Below, piece by piece: positions 17,890-30,904 of a DNA stretch of 64,000 nucleotides. The stretch is from Thermoanaerobaculia bacterium (GTDB lineage: Bacteria > Acidobacteriota > Thermoanaerobaculia > Multivoradales > UBA5704). A program made the position numbers and the translations under genes. A model generated the notes under the pieces. The model saw only the letters and a program-made list of their open reading frames with translations, searched no databases and was not told the origin of the DNA. Every line of letters starts with the position of its first letter. Position 1 is the stretch's first letter. The DNA lies in NCBI GenBank assembly GCA_044226625.1, contig JBGAGQ010000002.1, forward strand, positions 96,001 to 160,000, read 5' to 3'.

Positions 17890-19908
17890 CTATCGCGTGC
17901 CCGGCCGGCGGAGCTCCCGGTCGAGCGTCACGAGCAGGTCCCCCTTGGGGAGCGGCAGCCAGGCGGCGGCGGAGAGAGGCGCGGCGTCGATCACTTCGAA
18001 GATCGTCAGGGCGTCGAGCCCTTTGAGCTGCGCCTGACCCAGCGGCCGGAAACCCACGGGCAGTCGTTCGGCGCCGTCCTCGAGCGTGACCACGCAATAG
18101 ATGCGCTCGCCCTCGCTCGCCCTCCAGATCTCGCGCTCGCCGCGCTCCCGGGAGAGCTTGGCGACGTACGCCTGGGTGGCGACGATGCCCTGGTTGATCA
18201 GGCTGCCGTTGCGGTCGAGATAGGCGTAGAACGGACGAGCCTCCTCGGTCTTGTCGACCACCTCGACGTCGCGACGCTGGAGCGGCTCGAAGAAGCGCTC
18301 GACCGCGTGGGCCGGATATCCGAAGTGGAGGAGAAGGTTTTTGATCTCCTCGACCTCGCGTGTGGTCTTGCCCGTCACTAGACGAGAGAGCTCGACCAGG
18401 CCCGGGCCGAAGAACTCGTAGCGTTCCCCTCCTTGGGGGCCGCTGCTGCCCATCGGTATCAGTCGGTAGTGGCCGTGGTTCAAAGCGATCCGCAGCCCCT
18501 GATCGAAGGGGAACCCTTCGGCGACGGCGTGGGCATAGGCGCGTTGGATGTGAATCGCGGAAATCAGTGGCCGGAGGGCCTCGCGGCTCGAGTAGAACGC
18601 ACCGTCGCCGAGGTATTTTTCGAGCTTCACCCGGCGCGACTGGGCGAAACGGTTCACCCGGCGCTGGAGGCGGAACATCATCCGGAACGCTTCGTCTTGG
18701 GATCCCTCGCCCGAGCGCTGGAGCAGGGAAACGGTCTGCGAGAAGTCGCTGATGTCGTAGATCAATCCGAAACGCTCGACCCGCGGATCGACCACCCACG
18801 GCTCGAGGAAGTCGAGCGGCCGGGTGGCGGGAGAGAGCGCGACGGTTTCTCCCGCCGGCGCGGCGGCGCGGGCCGGGCCGGGATCCTTGGCGACCAGGCG
18901 TCCGCCCTGGGCCTCGACGGAGATGAAGGCCCGCCGCAGCGCGTGGAGCAGCTCGAACTCCTTGAGCTTCTCGAGCAGGTTCTCCCAAACCTGGACGCCC
19001 TCCGCGGCGAACAGGCGCGTCGGGTTCCATGCCTTGCGGGTGGCGAGGAACGTGACATACCCCGGTCGGGTCAGCAGATCTCGCGCGGCGCCCCGCTCGG
19101 CGACCGCCGCTTCGCCCGCGATGTGGCAGGCGGTGGCGAACAGCTCGCGATCGCTCGCGAGCTGTTCCTCGTGCCAGCGAATCAGCTCTTCATAGCGTTG
19201 CCGGAATTCGCGGCCGTCGAGGCGCAAGCAGGCAGAAAAATAGGCTGAGAGCTCGGCGAAATCGCGCGAGATGTGGTCCTCGGTGAAGATCAGCACGTTG
19301 TCGCGCATACGAGTGAGTAGGCGGGGGAACAGCTCTTCCTCCACCTCCTCGGTCGCGGCGGCGACCTTTTGGACCACCTCGTAGGAGGTCTCCAGGACCC
19401 GGTCGAGATAGCGGTCGAGCACCCGGTAGCGGATCTGGTCGCCGTAGCGCCGGCCCAGCTCGGAATCCTGGCGGAGAACGCGGCGCGGCGTCTCCTTCAA
19501 GAAGCGGGCGATGTCGAGCGAGTGGTGGAGCCAGAACGCGCTCGTGAAATGGCGGCCGAACGACGAGATGGTCGCGTTTTCGAGCGCGCGGGAGAGGAGC
19601 GACCGATAGCGCTCCCAGCTTTGGGTATGGACCTTGCGGTCGAGCGTCGCGCGCGCGAGGACCGCCACCTGGACGGCCTCCTCGGCGGCGAGGAAGTGAC
19701 GAAGGGCCGAGCGGAGGACCTCCATCCGTTCGGAGGCGGCGACGGCGAGGCCGAGGACAGGGGTTGCCCCCTCGTCTTCGAGATAGACCGGCCGAGGAAT
19801 CGGCAGCGTCCGCTCGTGGTCCGGGGCGATCCGCCGCAGCTCCTCGGCTTCGATCCGGAGGAAGTTGAACGGCCCCGGCAGGAGCTGGAGGAAACCGAGC
19901 GCGTTCAT
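17890..19908 (-). CDS. Hypothetical protein with a class III nucleotidyl cyclase-like domain
   Basis: YDISDFS, EKYLGDG, LRIALNHG, YEFFGPGLVELSRL match cyclase motif order. Confidence 0.65.
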   Translation of the reverse strand: MNALGFLQLLPGPFNFLRIEAEELRRIAPDHERTLPIPRPVYLEDEGATPVLGLAVAASERMEVLRSALRHFLAAEEAVQVAVLARATLDRKVHTQSWERYRSLLSRALENATISSFGRHFTSAFWLHHSLDIARFLKETPRRVLRQDSELGRRYGDQIRYRVLDRYLDRVLETSYEVVQKVAAATEEVEEELFPRLLTRMRDNVLIFTEDHISRDFAELSAYFSACLRLDGREFRQRYEELIRWHEEQLASDRELFATACHIAGEAAVAERGAARDLLTRPGYVTFLATRKAWNPTRLFAAEGVQVWENLLEKLKEFELLHALRRAFISVEAQGGRLVAKDPGPARAAAPAGETVALSPATRPLDFLEPWVVDPRVERFGLIYDISDFSQTVSLLQRSGEGSQDEAFRMMFRLQRRVNRFAQSRRVKLEKYLGDGAFYSSREALRPLISAIHIQRAYAHAVAEGFPFDQGLRIALNHGHYRLIPMGSSGPQGGERYEFFGPGLVELSRLVTGKTTREVEEIKNLLLHFGYPAHAVERFFEPLQRRDVEVVDKTEEARPFYAYLDRNGSLINQGIVATQAYVAKLSRERGEREIWRASEGERIYCVVTLEDGAERLPVGFRPLGQAQLKGLDALTIFEVIDAAPLSAAAWLPLPKGDLLVTLDRELRRPGTR

Positions 19909-20282
19909 GGACGACGCCCCGAGACGGCCGCGCGAGGGCGGTCGGAGAGCGGCAAGCGGGGAGCTCTAGTGCGGCGCAAACGCATCGGAGAAGGCGATTA
20001 CGTATAGCATACCGCCTCCGTTTCCGGGTTTCTCCCGAACCGGTTCGCGGGCGCGTTCCCGCGTCGAATCCCGGCACCGACGTGACCGCCTGCCCAGGCG
20101 CCGCCCGCCTTCGATCCGACGAGGTCACGCCAGCCGGCCGGGTCGAGCGAGGCGCCCGCATCGCTTCGGCCCGCTCGGGCCGAGCCGTGACACATCGAGC
20201 GACGAGGGAGGAGCTGGCCGGAACGACCGGTCGCCAGCAAGGTCGAAACATGGCAGACAACGGTTCGATGGAAGGCCAACCC

Positions 20283-21791
20283 ATGGAGTCCCCCGCGGCG
20301 ACCGTCCTGCTGTCGCGGCTCGAGGTCCGGAGCGCGTCGAGCGTGCCGCCGATCGATTGGCTGGTAGCGGGGACGTTCGAAGGCGAAACCCTGACGCACC
20401 CCGAGTTGCCGTCCGCTCTGCGGGAGGCCTTCGACCGGCTGGGCCGGCGTCCCGGTTTTCGCGGCGCCGACGAGCAGCGCGCCGAGGCCGACGTGACGAT
20501 CGAGGATCGCCGGCTGGTCCTCTCGCTGGACGGGCTCGGACCGCGGGCGGACCTCTCCGATCGCTCGTTCTCCTGCTGGCTGGTGCGGGTGGTCGAGGCG
20601 GCTCGCCTCGCCGGCGCCCGTTCGCTCGGCGTGCTGATCCCGGACCACGCCTCGATCCAAGGGCCGGCCGCCGCGGAACGCTCGTTGGTCGCCCTTATCC
20701 TTGCTGGCTATCGCTACGAGCGCTACCTCGCTCGCGACTCGCGGAAGCCGCCCCTCGAAACGATCGTCGTCTTTCCGGCCGCGGCGCAAGAAGAGGCGTT
20801 TCGAGCGGCGTTGCCGGTCGCGGTCGCGGTGGCGAGCGCGAACGCCTACGTTCGCGACCTCGCGAACTCGCCGCCGAACGAGGCCGGGCCGGCATGGTTC
20901 GAAGAGCGGGCTCATGCGCTCGCCGCGGATTGCGGCCTACGGATCGAGGTTTTCGGCCGCGACGAGCTGGAGCGGCGGGGGATGGGGGGACTCCTTTCGG
21001 TGGGTGCGGGCGGCAGCGAGGCGCCGCGATTGATCCGTTTGGAGGTGGGCACGGAAGGTCCGATCGTCGCCCTGGTCGGCAAGGGGGTGACCTTCGATTC
21101 GGGCGGCATCTCGATCAAGCCGGCCGCCGATATGGACGAGATGAAGTTCGACAAGTCGGGGGCCTGCGCGGTGCTGGGCACGCTCCAGGCGGCCGCCAAG
21201 CTGGGTCTCCCGATCCGCTTGCGGGGCTATCTGGCGGTCGCGGAGAACCTTCTCGACAGCGCTGCCTACCGGCCGGGCGACATCGTCCGCTTCGGCAACG
21301 GCAAGACGGCCGAGATCACCAACACGGACGCGGAAGGGCGCCTGATCCTCGCCGACGCCCTGGGGCTCGCGGCGTCCGAGGGGCCGGACGTGCTGGTCGA
21401 GCTGTCGACGCTCACGGGGGGCTGCATGGTCGCCCTGGGACCTCACCATGCCGGCCTCTTCACGCCCGACGATTCGCTCGCGACGGAGCTCCTCGCCGCG
21501 GGCGCGGCCTCCGGCGAGCGGCTCTGGCGCCTGCCCGTCGGTCCCGAATATCTTGAGGAGATGCGCGGCCAGCACGCCGACCTGCGCAACTCGGCGGGCC
21601 GCTGGGGTTCGGCCTGTACCGCGGCCGCGTTCCTCTCCCAGTTCATGGGCGGGGTCTCGCGCTGGGCGCACCTCGACATCGCGGGCGTGGTCAACAAGAG
21701 CTCGGAGGAACAGCCGCAAAAAGGTGCGACCGGTTTCGGGGTCGCCCTGCTGATCCGCTGGCTGCGCGATCGTTTCGTCCCCGCCTCCTGA
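20283..21791 (+). CDS. pepA: Leucyl aminopeptidase (M17)
   Basis: VGKGVTFDSGGISIK, MKFDKSG, NTDAEGRLILAD, WAHLDIAG; start uncertain (20250/20268/20283). Confidence 0.93.
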   Translation: MESPAATVLLSRLEVRSASSVPPIDWLVAGTFEGETLTHPELPSALREAFDRLGRRPGFRGADEQRAEADVTIEDRRLVLSLDGLGPRADLSDRSFSCWLVRVVEAARLAGARSLGVLIPDHASIQGPAAAERSLVALILAGYRYERYLARDSRKPPLETIVVFPAAAQEEAFRAALPVAVAVASANAYVRDLANSPPNEAGPAWFEERAHALAADCGLRIEVFGRDELERRGMGGLLSVGAGGSEAPRLIRLEVGTEGPIVALVGKGVTFDSGGISIKPAADMDEMKFDKSGACAVLGTLQAAAKLGLPIRLRGYLAVAENLLDSAAYRPGDIVRFGNGKTAEITNTDAEGRLILADALGLAASEGPDVLVELSTLTGGCMVALGPHHAGLFTPDDSLATELLAAGAASGERLWRLPVGPEYLEEMRGQHADLRNSAGRWGSACTAAAFLSQFMGGVSRWAHLDIAGVVNKSSEEQPQKGATGFGVALLIRWLRDRFVPAS

Positions 21792-21831
21792 CGGCGAGGA
21801 GCGCGTTCGAGCTTTCGCGACGAACCGGGCG

Positions 21832-23859
21832 ATGTCTCGACCGACAGACGATCCGGGGAAGGACCGGAGGGAAGACCCGATCGCAGATCCGAGCGAAGGA
21901 CCTGAACGAGGTCTCCATAGCCCCCCCAAGGTAGGTCGGGCCGGGGCGCCGACGCTCGAGGTCCGCGACCTCGCGATCGAATTTCCGGTCGGAGGCGAGA
22001 TGCGCCGGGTGGTCGACGGCGTGTCGTTCTCTCTGCGCGCGGGAGAGGTGGTAGGTCTCGTCGGTTCGTCGGGCAGCGGCAAGACGATGATCGCGCTGTC
22101 CCTCCTGCGCATGGTCCCTCCGCCCGGGCGGATCGCCGCGGGGCGCGTGGAGATCTCCGGCGAGGATCTGTTCGAGCTCTCCGGCGAAGCGCTGCGGCGC
22201 CTGCGCGGCGGACGGATCGCGCTGGTCGCGCAGGACCCCTCCGCCGCGCTCGATCCGCTGTTCCGCGTCGGCGAGCAGGTCGCCGAGGTGGCGCGGGCGC
22301 ACGGGATGTCCCGCACCCAGGCGCGCGAGGAGGCTCGCCGTCGTCTGGCCCAGATGGACCTAGCACCGACCACCGCCGCCTCGTACCCGTTCGACCTGTC
22401 CGGAGGCCAGCGGCAACGCGCCTCGATCGCCGCGGCGCTCGCCGGGCGACCGAGCTTCCTGGTCGCCGACGAGGCGACGAGCGCCCTCGACGCAACGCTT
22501 CAAGGCCAAGTGCTCGCCCGGCTCGCCCGGCTCGCCGAGGAAGGGCTGGGTGTCCTCTTGATCACCCACGATCTCGCCTTGGTCGCCTCGTATTGCGCGC
22601 GCGTTCTCGTGCTCTCGAAAGGGCGCCTGGTCGAATCGGGACCTTCGTCCGAGGTGCTCGGCGCCGCTCGAGACCCCGCCACCCGCGATCTCTTGGACGC
22701 CGTGCCGCGGCTGGGAGGGGCGGGGCGACGAGAAGAACCACCGGGGGAGGGCGCGCTTCCTCCACCGGAGCGCCGTCCGATCCTGCTCGAAGGCCGCTCG
22801 CTGCGCCGGATCTTTCCCCTCCGCCGGGGGCTGTTCGGAGCCCGCGTCGGCGAGGTCCGGGCGGTCGACGGGGCGGATTTCGAGATCGCCGCCGGCGAAG
22901 CGGTCGGCCTGGTCGGCGAATCCGGCAGCGGCAAGACCACGATCGGCCGTCTGCTAGTCGGCCTCGATCGGCCGACCGAGGGGTCGGTGGCCTACCGCGG
23001 CACGGAGCTCCGGTCGCTGCCGCGTCGAGACCGGGCCCGGGCGCGCCTGCGTCTGCCGATGATCTTTCAAGATCCCTGGGGTGCCCTCGATCCGCGCTCG
23101 ACGGTCGAAGAGTCGGTCGGAGAGGCGCTTCGCGCTCGCGGCCTGCCCCGCGGCGCCCGACGGGAGGCGGCGCTCGGCCTCCTCGACCGGGTCGGCCTGC
23201 CGGCCGATCTGCTGCGGCGTTACCCGCACGAGCTCTCCGGGGGACAGCGGCAGCGCGCCTCGATCGCCCGGGCGCTCGGTTGCGAACCGGAGCTGATCGT
23301 CGCTGACGAGCCGACCTCGGCTCTCGACACGGTCAGCCGGGCGCAGATCCTGGCTCTCCTCGCGGACCTTCACCGAACGCGTGGCCTGTCGTTCCTGCTG
23401 ATCTCCCATGACCTCGCGGCGGTCGAGCAGATCGCCGAGCGGATCTACGTGCTCTACGCGGGAAAGGTCGTCGAATCCGGCCCGGCCCGCGAGCTGATCG
23501 CCCGGCCCCTCCATCCGTATACCGAAGCGCTGGTCGCGGCGGTTCCCTCGGTCGATCCGATCCAAAAGGAAGGCGCCCAGGTTTCTGGGCCCGAAGCTCG
23601 CGGCGAGATTCTCGACCCTCGCGACGCCAAGGAGCCCCTTGGCGGGGAGAGCGTCGCGGCCGACGGCTGCCCTTACCGGCTGCGCTGTCCGATCGCGCGC
23701 CCTGCCTGTGCCGAACGGGTGCCGGAGCTCTCGGCTGTCGCGGAGAGCCGGGCGGTCGCCTGCTTCTTTCCAGGGGAAGCCGGTTTGGTCGGGGAGGGGG
23801 ACTTGAGTAAGCTTGTTCGCGCCCGGAACATTTCGGGACGTGAACCGTACATGTCTTGA
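21832..23859 (+). CDS. Fused double-domain oligopeptide/dipeptide ABC ATPase (OppD/OppF-like)
   Basis: Two Walker A motifs (GSSGSGKT, GESGSGKT), two [12 protein letters not shown] and GCPYRLRC..C..ACF tail. Confidence 0.92.
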   Translation: MSRPTDDPGKDRREDPIADPSEGPERGLHSPPKVGRAGAPTLEVRDLAIEFPVGGEMRRVVDGVSFSLRAGEVVGLVGSSGSGKTMIALSLLRMVPPPGRIAAGRVEISGEDLFELSGEALRRLRGGRIALVAQDPSAALDPLFRVGEQVAEVARAHGMSRTQAREEARRRLAQMDLAPTTAASYPFDLSGGQRQRASIAAALAGRPSFLVADEATSALDATLQGQVLARLARLAEEGLGVLLITHDLALVASYCARVLVLSKGRLVESGPSSEVLGAARDPATRDLLDAVPRLGGAGRREEPPGEGALPPPERRPILLEGRSLRRIFPLRRGLFGARVGEVRAVDGADFEIAAGEAVGLVGESGSGKTTIGRLLVGLDRPTEGSVAYRGTELRSLPRRDRARARLRLPMIFQDPWGALDPRSTVEESVGEALRARGLPRGARREAALGLLDRVGLPADLLRRYPHELSGGQRQRASIARALGCEPELIVADEPTSALDTVSRAQILALLADLHRTRGLSFLLISHDLAAVEQIAERIYVLYAGKVVESGPARELIARPLHPYTEALVAAVPSVDPIQKEGAQVSGPEARGEILDPRDAKEPLGGESVAADGCPYRLRCPIARPACAERVPELSAVAESRAVACFFPGEAGLVGEGDLSKLVRARNISGREPYMS

Positions 23860-23915
23860 GGCGGCCGCCGAAGGTCTTCATGGTCGCCTGTTACCTTGAG
23901 CGAACGAGGAATTCT

Positions 23916-25721
23916 ATGTTCCAAGCGCTGGATCAGCGGACTAGGCAAGGAATCAAGGTGGATTGTGGGCTCCAGGGGAAGGGGTGGACCGCCGGGTGCC
24001 GGCGTGCCGCATCGGCGATCGCCGCCCTGACTCTGCTTTCGGCGTTGCCCGGCTCCGCCCAAGTGACGCCCCAGCCGGCGAAGATCGCCGTCGCGGCGAC
24101 GGTCGGCACGCTGCCGCCCGATCCCAATCTTCCGATCGTCGACGGCAAGCTCGAGCTGTCGCTCGACCAGGCGCTCGCGTTGGCGCTCGAGCGGAACCTC
24201 GGCCTTCAGGTCGAGCGTTACAACCGGACCCAGAACTGGTACGGCATCCTCCAGATCAAAGGGATCTACGACCTGAACGTCAACGGCGTCTTCTCGACGC
24301 TCGACAACACCTCGGCGCAGGTGTCGCGGCTCCAGGCTTCGAGCTTCAAGCAGCAGCAGTGGAACCTCGGCCTCACGCAGCTCGTCGCGGCGACCAACGG
24401 CCGCGCCCGGCTCGATTTCGACAGCTCCCGCTCGGAAAGCGACGTCGTGTTCAACGCCTTGAACCCGAGCTATGACTCCTCGTTCCGACTCGGCTTCACT
24501 CAACCCCTGCTGCGCAACTTCGGACCGGCTCCTGCCACCCGGGCCTTGCGCGTCGCGCGCGCCAACGACAAGTCGACGGCGAGCGAGTTCGAGCGCCAGG
24601 TCAACGCCGCGATCCAGAACGTCGATTTCGCCTACTGGAACCTGGTCGCCGCGCGCGAGCAGCTCTACGTTTCCCAGGAGAGCCTCGCGCTCGCCCGCGA
24701 GCTCCACTCGCGCAACAAGATCCAGGTCGACGTCGGCACGCTGGCCCCGCTCGAGCTCGTGCAGAGCGAGGCGGCGATCGCCACCCGGGAAGAGGACATC
24801 ATCCGCGCCGAGGCGGCGGTAGGCGACGCCGCCGACCAACTTCGGCAGCTGCTCGATCTGCCGCCGGGCGACGTCTGGTCGGCCGAGATCATCCCGACCA
24901 CGAAGCCGGAGACCGACCGCCTGACGATCGACGTCGAAGATGCGATCCAGACCGCGCTCGCTTCGCGCCCGGAGATCCGCGCCCAGGAAGGGCAGCTCGA
25001 GCGGTTGGCGATCGACGCCGTGTTCTTCCACGACCAGTTGAAACCGACTCTGGACCTCGATCTCGGCTATCGCCTGAACGGTACGGGCGGCACCCTCGCT
25101 CGCGATCCCGTCACCGGCGATCCGCTGCCGCGGCCGATCCGCGGCGGCTACGGCGACGCCCTCGACCAGATCCGCAACCGCGATTTCGACGGTTGGTCGG
25201 CGACCTTGACGCTCGGTATTCCGATCCAGAATCGGGCCGCCAAGGCGGGCGACATCATCGCCAAGCTCGACCTCCAGCGGGGCCAGGTGGCGCTCGAACA
25301 GATCAAGCTTCAGGTCGAGACGCAGGTCCGTACGGCGGCCCGTGCGGTCGCCACCGCGGCCAAGCAGATCGACGCCGCGCGGATCTCGGTCAAGTTCCAG
25401 GAGCGGAACCTCGACGCCGAAAAGAAGCGCTATGAGAACGGCATGTCGACGAGCTTCCGGATCAACCAGGTGCAGGACGATCTCACCCAGGCGCGCAGTC
25501 GCGAGGTCGCCGCGGTGGTCAATTACCGCACCTCGCTCGCGAACTTCTACAGCGTGACGGGAACCCTCCTCGATCGCGAGAACGTCGAGATCGACGGCCC
25601 GGTGGGCGATCCGACCTCCTGCCGGTGTGAGGAGAAGAACGTCAACGTCACGCACACGGCTACGGCGCCCGCCACGCCGGCCGACGCGGCGACCCCGCCC
25701 GCGACGGAAGGCGGACGTTGA
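23916..25721 (+). CDS. TolC-family outer membrane efflux protein
   Basis: GAGGA SD before ATG 23916; ALERN, TQPLLRNFG, YWNLVAARE, EKKRYENG motifs. Confidence 0.9.
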   Translation: MFQALDQRTRQGIKVDCGLQGKGWTAGCRRAASAIAALTLLSALPGSAQVTPQPAKIAVAATVGTLPPDPNLPIVDGKLELSLDQALALALERNLGLQVERYNRTQNWYGILQIKGIYDLNVNGVFSTLDNTSAQVSRLQASSFKQQQWNLGLTQLVAATNGRARLDFDSSRSESDVVFNALNPSYDSSFRLGFTQPLLRNFGPAPATRALRVARANDKSTASEFERQVNAAIQNVDFAYWNLVAAREQLYVSQESLALARELHSRNKIQVDVGTLAPLELVQSEAAIATREEDIIRAEAAVGDAADQLRQLLDLPPGDVWSAEIIPTTKPETDRLTIDVEDAIQTALASRPEIRAQEGQLERLAIDAVFFHDQLKPTLDLDLGYRLNGTGGTLARDPVTGDPLPRPIRGGYGDALDQIRNRDFDGWSATLTLGIPIQNRAAKAGDIIAKLDLQRGQVALEQIKLQVETQVRTAARAVATAAKQIDAARISVKFQERNLDAEKKRYENGMSTSFRINQVQDDLTQARSREVAAVVNYRTSLANFYSVTGTLLDRENVEIDGPVGDPTSCRCEEKNVNVTHTATAPATPADAATPPATEGGR

Positions 25722-26407
25722 TGGAACAGGCCGGCCGTCTGATCCGGGTGTTCGTCGCCCCGGGTGAGGTCTTCCGCGAGCTGCGCGAGAAGCCCACCTG
25801 GGTGCTCGGATTCCTGATCTATTGGGCGCTCGCCTCGACGACGGCTTTCCTGCTCACCTCGAGGGTCGATTTCATCGAGGGCATCGAGGCCCAGATGGCC
25901 GCCCAGGGGCAGAACGCGCCGCCGAACCTCGACCAGGCGGCGGGGATGATCCGCGGCTGCTCGACGGTCGGCGGCATTCTCGGCCCCCCGATCGTCTGCC
26001 TGTTGCTCGCCCTGATCTTCCTCGGTTTCCGCCTCTTCGGGGGCGACCTCGACTACCGCCGAAGCTTGGCGATCACCGTGCACGGCCTGATGCCGCGCAC
26101 GGCGGCGGCGCTCGCGTCGATTCCGGTCATCCTGTCGCGCGAGAGCTTCTCGATGCAGGAGATGAAGTCGGCGTCGTTTCTGTTCTCGAACCTGAGCTTC
26201 CTCGCTTCGGACACCACCCCGGAGGCGCTCAAGGTCCTGTACGGCAACCTGGACGTCTTCACGATCGCCACCCTCGTGCTGTTGGCGATGGGCTTTCGGA
26301 TCGCCGGCAACGTACCCGGCAAGCGCTCGTACGTCGTGGTGTTCGGTCTTTGGTTGTTGTTCGTCGGGGGGCTCGTGGGCGTGACCGCCCTTTCGAGCCT
26401 CCGATAG
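25721..26407 (+). CDS. Yip1-domain membrane protein
   Basis: VFVAPGEVFRELREKPTW start, about 5 TM segments, overlaps the TolC stop. Confidence 0.8.
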   Translation: MEQAGRLIRVFVAPGEVFRELREKPTWVLGFLIYWALASTTAFLLTSRVDFIEGIEAQMAAQGQNAPPNLDQAAGMIRGCSTVGGILGPPIVCLLLALIFLGFRLFGGDLDYRRSLAITVHGLMPRTAAALASIPVILSRESFSMQEMKSASFLFSNLSFLASDTTPEALKVLYGNLDVFTIATLVLLAMGFRIAGNVPGKRSYVVVFGLWLLFVGGLVGVTALSSLR

Positions 26408-26426
26408 CCTCCAGAGGGAGAAGTCG

Positions 26427-27692
26427 ATGAAGCGGGTTCTGATCGGCTTGGTGGTGGTCTTCGCCCTCGGCGGGATCATCTTCGCAAGCCTGCGTGCGAA
26501 TAAGGGAAAGCAGGGGCAGAAGGTCTACGTCGAGGAGGCGAAGCGGCGCGAGATCGTTCAGGTGGTCAAAGCCACCGGCGCCATCGATCCGAAGGAGAAG
26601 GTGAACCTCTCCTCCCACGTCGTGGGCAAGATCGAGAAGCTGTACGTGCGCGAAGGGGACACGATCCGCGCCGGGCAGCCGTTCCTCGACCTGGAAAAGG
26701 ACACCTATCTTTCGTCGCGCGATCGCTTCGCCGCCCAGCTCGCGAGCGCGAAGACGGCCGCCCACAAGGCGGAGGTGAACCTCGCCGACAGCCGTCTGCG
26801 CCTCGAGCGGGCAAAGCGCCTCGCCGGCGAAGGCGTCGTCTCGCAGGAGCAGCTCGAGGCCGCCCAGCTCGCCGAGTCCTCGGCGCGTTTGACCCTGGAC
26901 GAGGCGCGGGAAGCCATCGCCCAGGCGAGCGCGAGCCTCGCGCAGGCGAGGACCGACCTCGAAAAGACGACGATCTACGCGCCGATCAGCGGCCGGGTCG
27001 TGCGCCTCGACGCCGAGCAGGGAGAGGTCGTGGTCTTCGGGACGATGAACAATCCCGCCTCGATCATCGGCGTGATCGCCGACCTCTCGGAGATCCTCGC
27101 GCGGGTCGACGTCGACGAGACCGAGGTGGTGAACGTCCATCCAGGCCAAAGCGCGACCCTCAAGGTGGATGCCGTCGCGGCTCGCGAGTACCATGGGCAC
27201 GTGGTGGAGGTGGGAAGCTCCGGCTCTTCGCGCCCGCAGCAGCCCGACGTCACGTTCTTCGAGGTGAAGATCCTCCTCGACGACGCCGACGACGCGCTGC
27301 GTCCGGGCATGTCGGTGCGCGCCTCGATCCGCGCCGAGGCGCACCCGAACGCCCTCGTCGTGCCGATCCAGTCGATCGTCGAGCGGACGCCGCTCGACGC
27401 CGCCGGCAAGCCGCTCGAAGGGCCGGCCGGCAACGAAGAGGTGAAGGTCGCCTTCGTGGTCGAGAACGGCAAGGCGCGCCAGCGCCCGGTCACCGTCGGT
27501 CTATCGGATGAGACCCATGTCGAGATCCTCAAGGGGCTCGACGCCGGGGCGAAGACGATCACCGGCCCCTATCGCATCCTGCGCGACCTGAAGGACGGCG
27601 ACGCGGTGCAGGTGAGCGCGACGTCGGAAGCCGAGGACCGGCGCAAAGCGCGCGAGAAGGAACGGGCGAAGAAAGACAAGGACGAGGATTAG
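26427..27692 (+). CDS. MacA-like efflux periplasmic adaptor subunit
   Basis: N-terminal anchor, VREGD, coiled coil, IYAPISG, VDETEV, LRPGMS. Confidence 0.92.
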   Translation: MKRVLIGLVVVFALGGIIFASLRANKGKQGQKVYVEEAKRREIVQVVKATGAIDPKEKVNLSSHVVGKIEKLYVREGDTIRAGQPFLDLEKDTYLSSRDRFAAQLASAKTAAHKAEVNLADSRLRLERAKRLAGEGVVSQEQLEAAQLAESSARLTLDEAREAIAQASASLAQARTDLEKTTIYAPISGRVVRLDAEQGEVVVFGTMNNPASIIGVIADLSEILARVDVDETEVVNVHPGQSATLKVDAVAAREYHGHVVEVGSSGSSRPQQPDVTFFEVKILLDDADDALRPGMSVRASIRAEAHPNALVVPIQSIVERTPLDAAGKPLEGPAGNEEVKVAFVVENGKARQRPVTVGLSDETHVEILKGLDAGAKTITGPYRILRDLKDGDAVQVSATSEAEDRRKAREKERAKKDKDED

Positions 27693-27697
27693 ACGCG

Positions 27698-28399
27698 ATG
27701 GCCCTGATCGAGCTGCACGACGTTTTCAAAATCTACGACATGGGCGCCGAGAAGGTGCGCGCTTTGAACGGCGTCAACCTGGCGATCGAGCGCGGCGAAT
27801 ACATCGCGATCATGGGCTCTTCGGGAAGCGGCAAGTCGACGCTCATGAACCTGCTCGGCTGCCTCGACACGCCGAGCGACGGGCATTACGTGCTCAACGG
27901 CACGGCGGTCGAGGACCTCGACGACAGCCAGCTGGCCGCGATCCGCAACAAGGAGATCGGCTTCGTCTTCCAGACGTTCAACCTGCTCGCCCGCACCGAC
28001 GCGCTCCACAACGTCGAGCTGCCGTTGATCTACGCCGGTCTACCGCGAGCCGAGCGCCGCGAGCGGGCGAAGAAGGCCCTCGAGCGCGTGGGACTCTCCG
28101 AGCGCATGCATCACCAGCCCAACGAGCTGTCCGGCGGCCAGCGCCAACGCGTGGCGATCGCCCGCGCCCTGGTCAACGAGCCGTCGATCCTCCTCGCCGA
28201 CGAGCCGACCGGAAACCTCGACTCGGCGACCTCGAAGGAGATCATGGACCTGTTCGATCAGCTCCATCGGGCGGGAAATACCGTGATTCTGGTCACCCAC
28301 GAGCCCGACATCGCCGAGCATGCGCACCGGCAGGTCGTCCTGCGCGACGGCAAGATCGTCGGCGACCAGGCTTCGGCGCACCATCCGGCTTCGGCCTGA
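27698..28399 (+). CDS. MacB/LolD-type ABC ATP-binding protein
   Basis: [36 protein letters not shown]. Confidence 0.95.
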   Translation: MALIELHDVFKIYDMGAEKVRALNGVNLAIERGEYIAIMGSSGSGKSTLMNLLGCLDTPSDGHYVLNGTAVEDLDDSQLAAIRNKEIGFVFQTFNLLARTDALHNVELPLIYAGLPRAERRERAKKALERVGLSERMHHQPNELSGGQRQRVAIARALVNEPSILLADEPTGNLDSATSKEIMDLFDQLHRAGNTVILVTHEPDIAEHAHRQVVLRDGKIVGDQASAHHPASA

Positions 28400-28439
28400 A
28401 CGACCGATCGAGCCCACCGGCCACGCGGCAGGGTCCCCC

Positions 28440-29672
<1,233 letters not shown>

Positions 29673-29676
29673 CCTC

Positions 29677-30900
<1,224 letters not shown>

Positions 30901-30904
30901 GTCA

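Noticed and set aside
14111-19030. Long N-terminal extensions of ORF-track calls (14111-16549, 16973-19030; likewise 40988, 42091, 53002, 34344 starts)
   Set aside because: The extensions overlap neighbouring genes; family homology and SD sites point to the downstream starts used here
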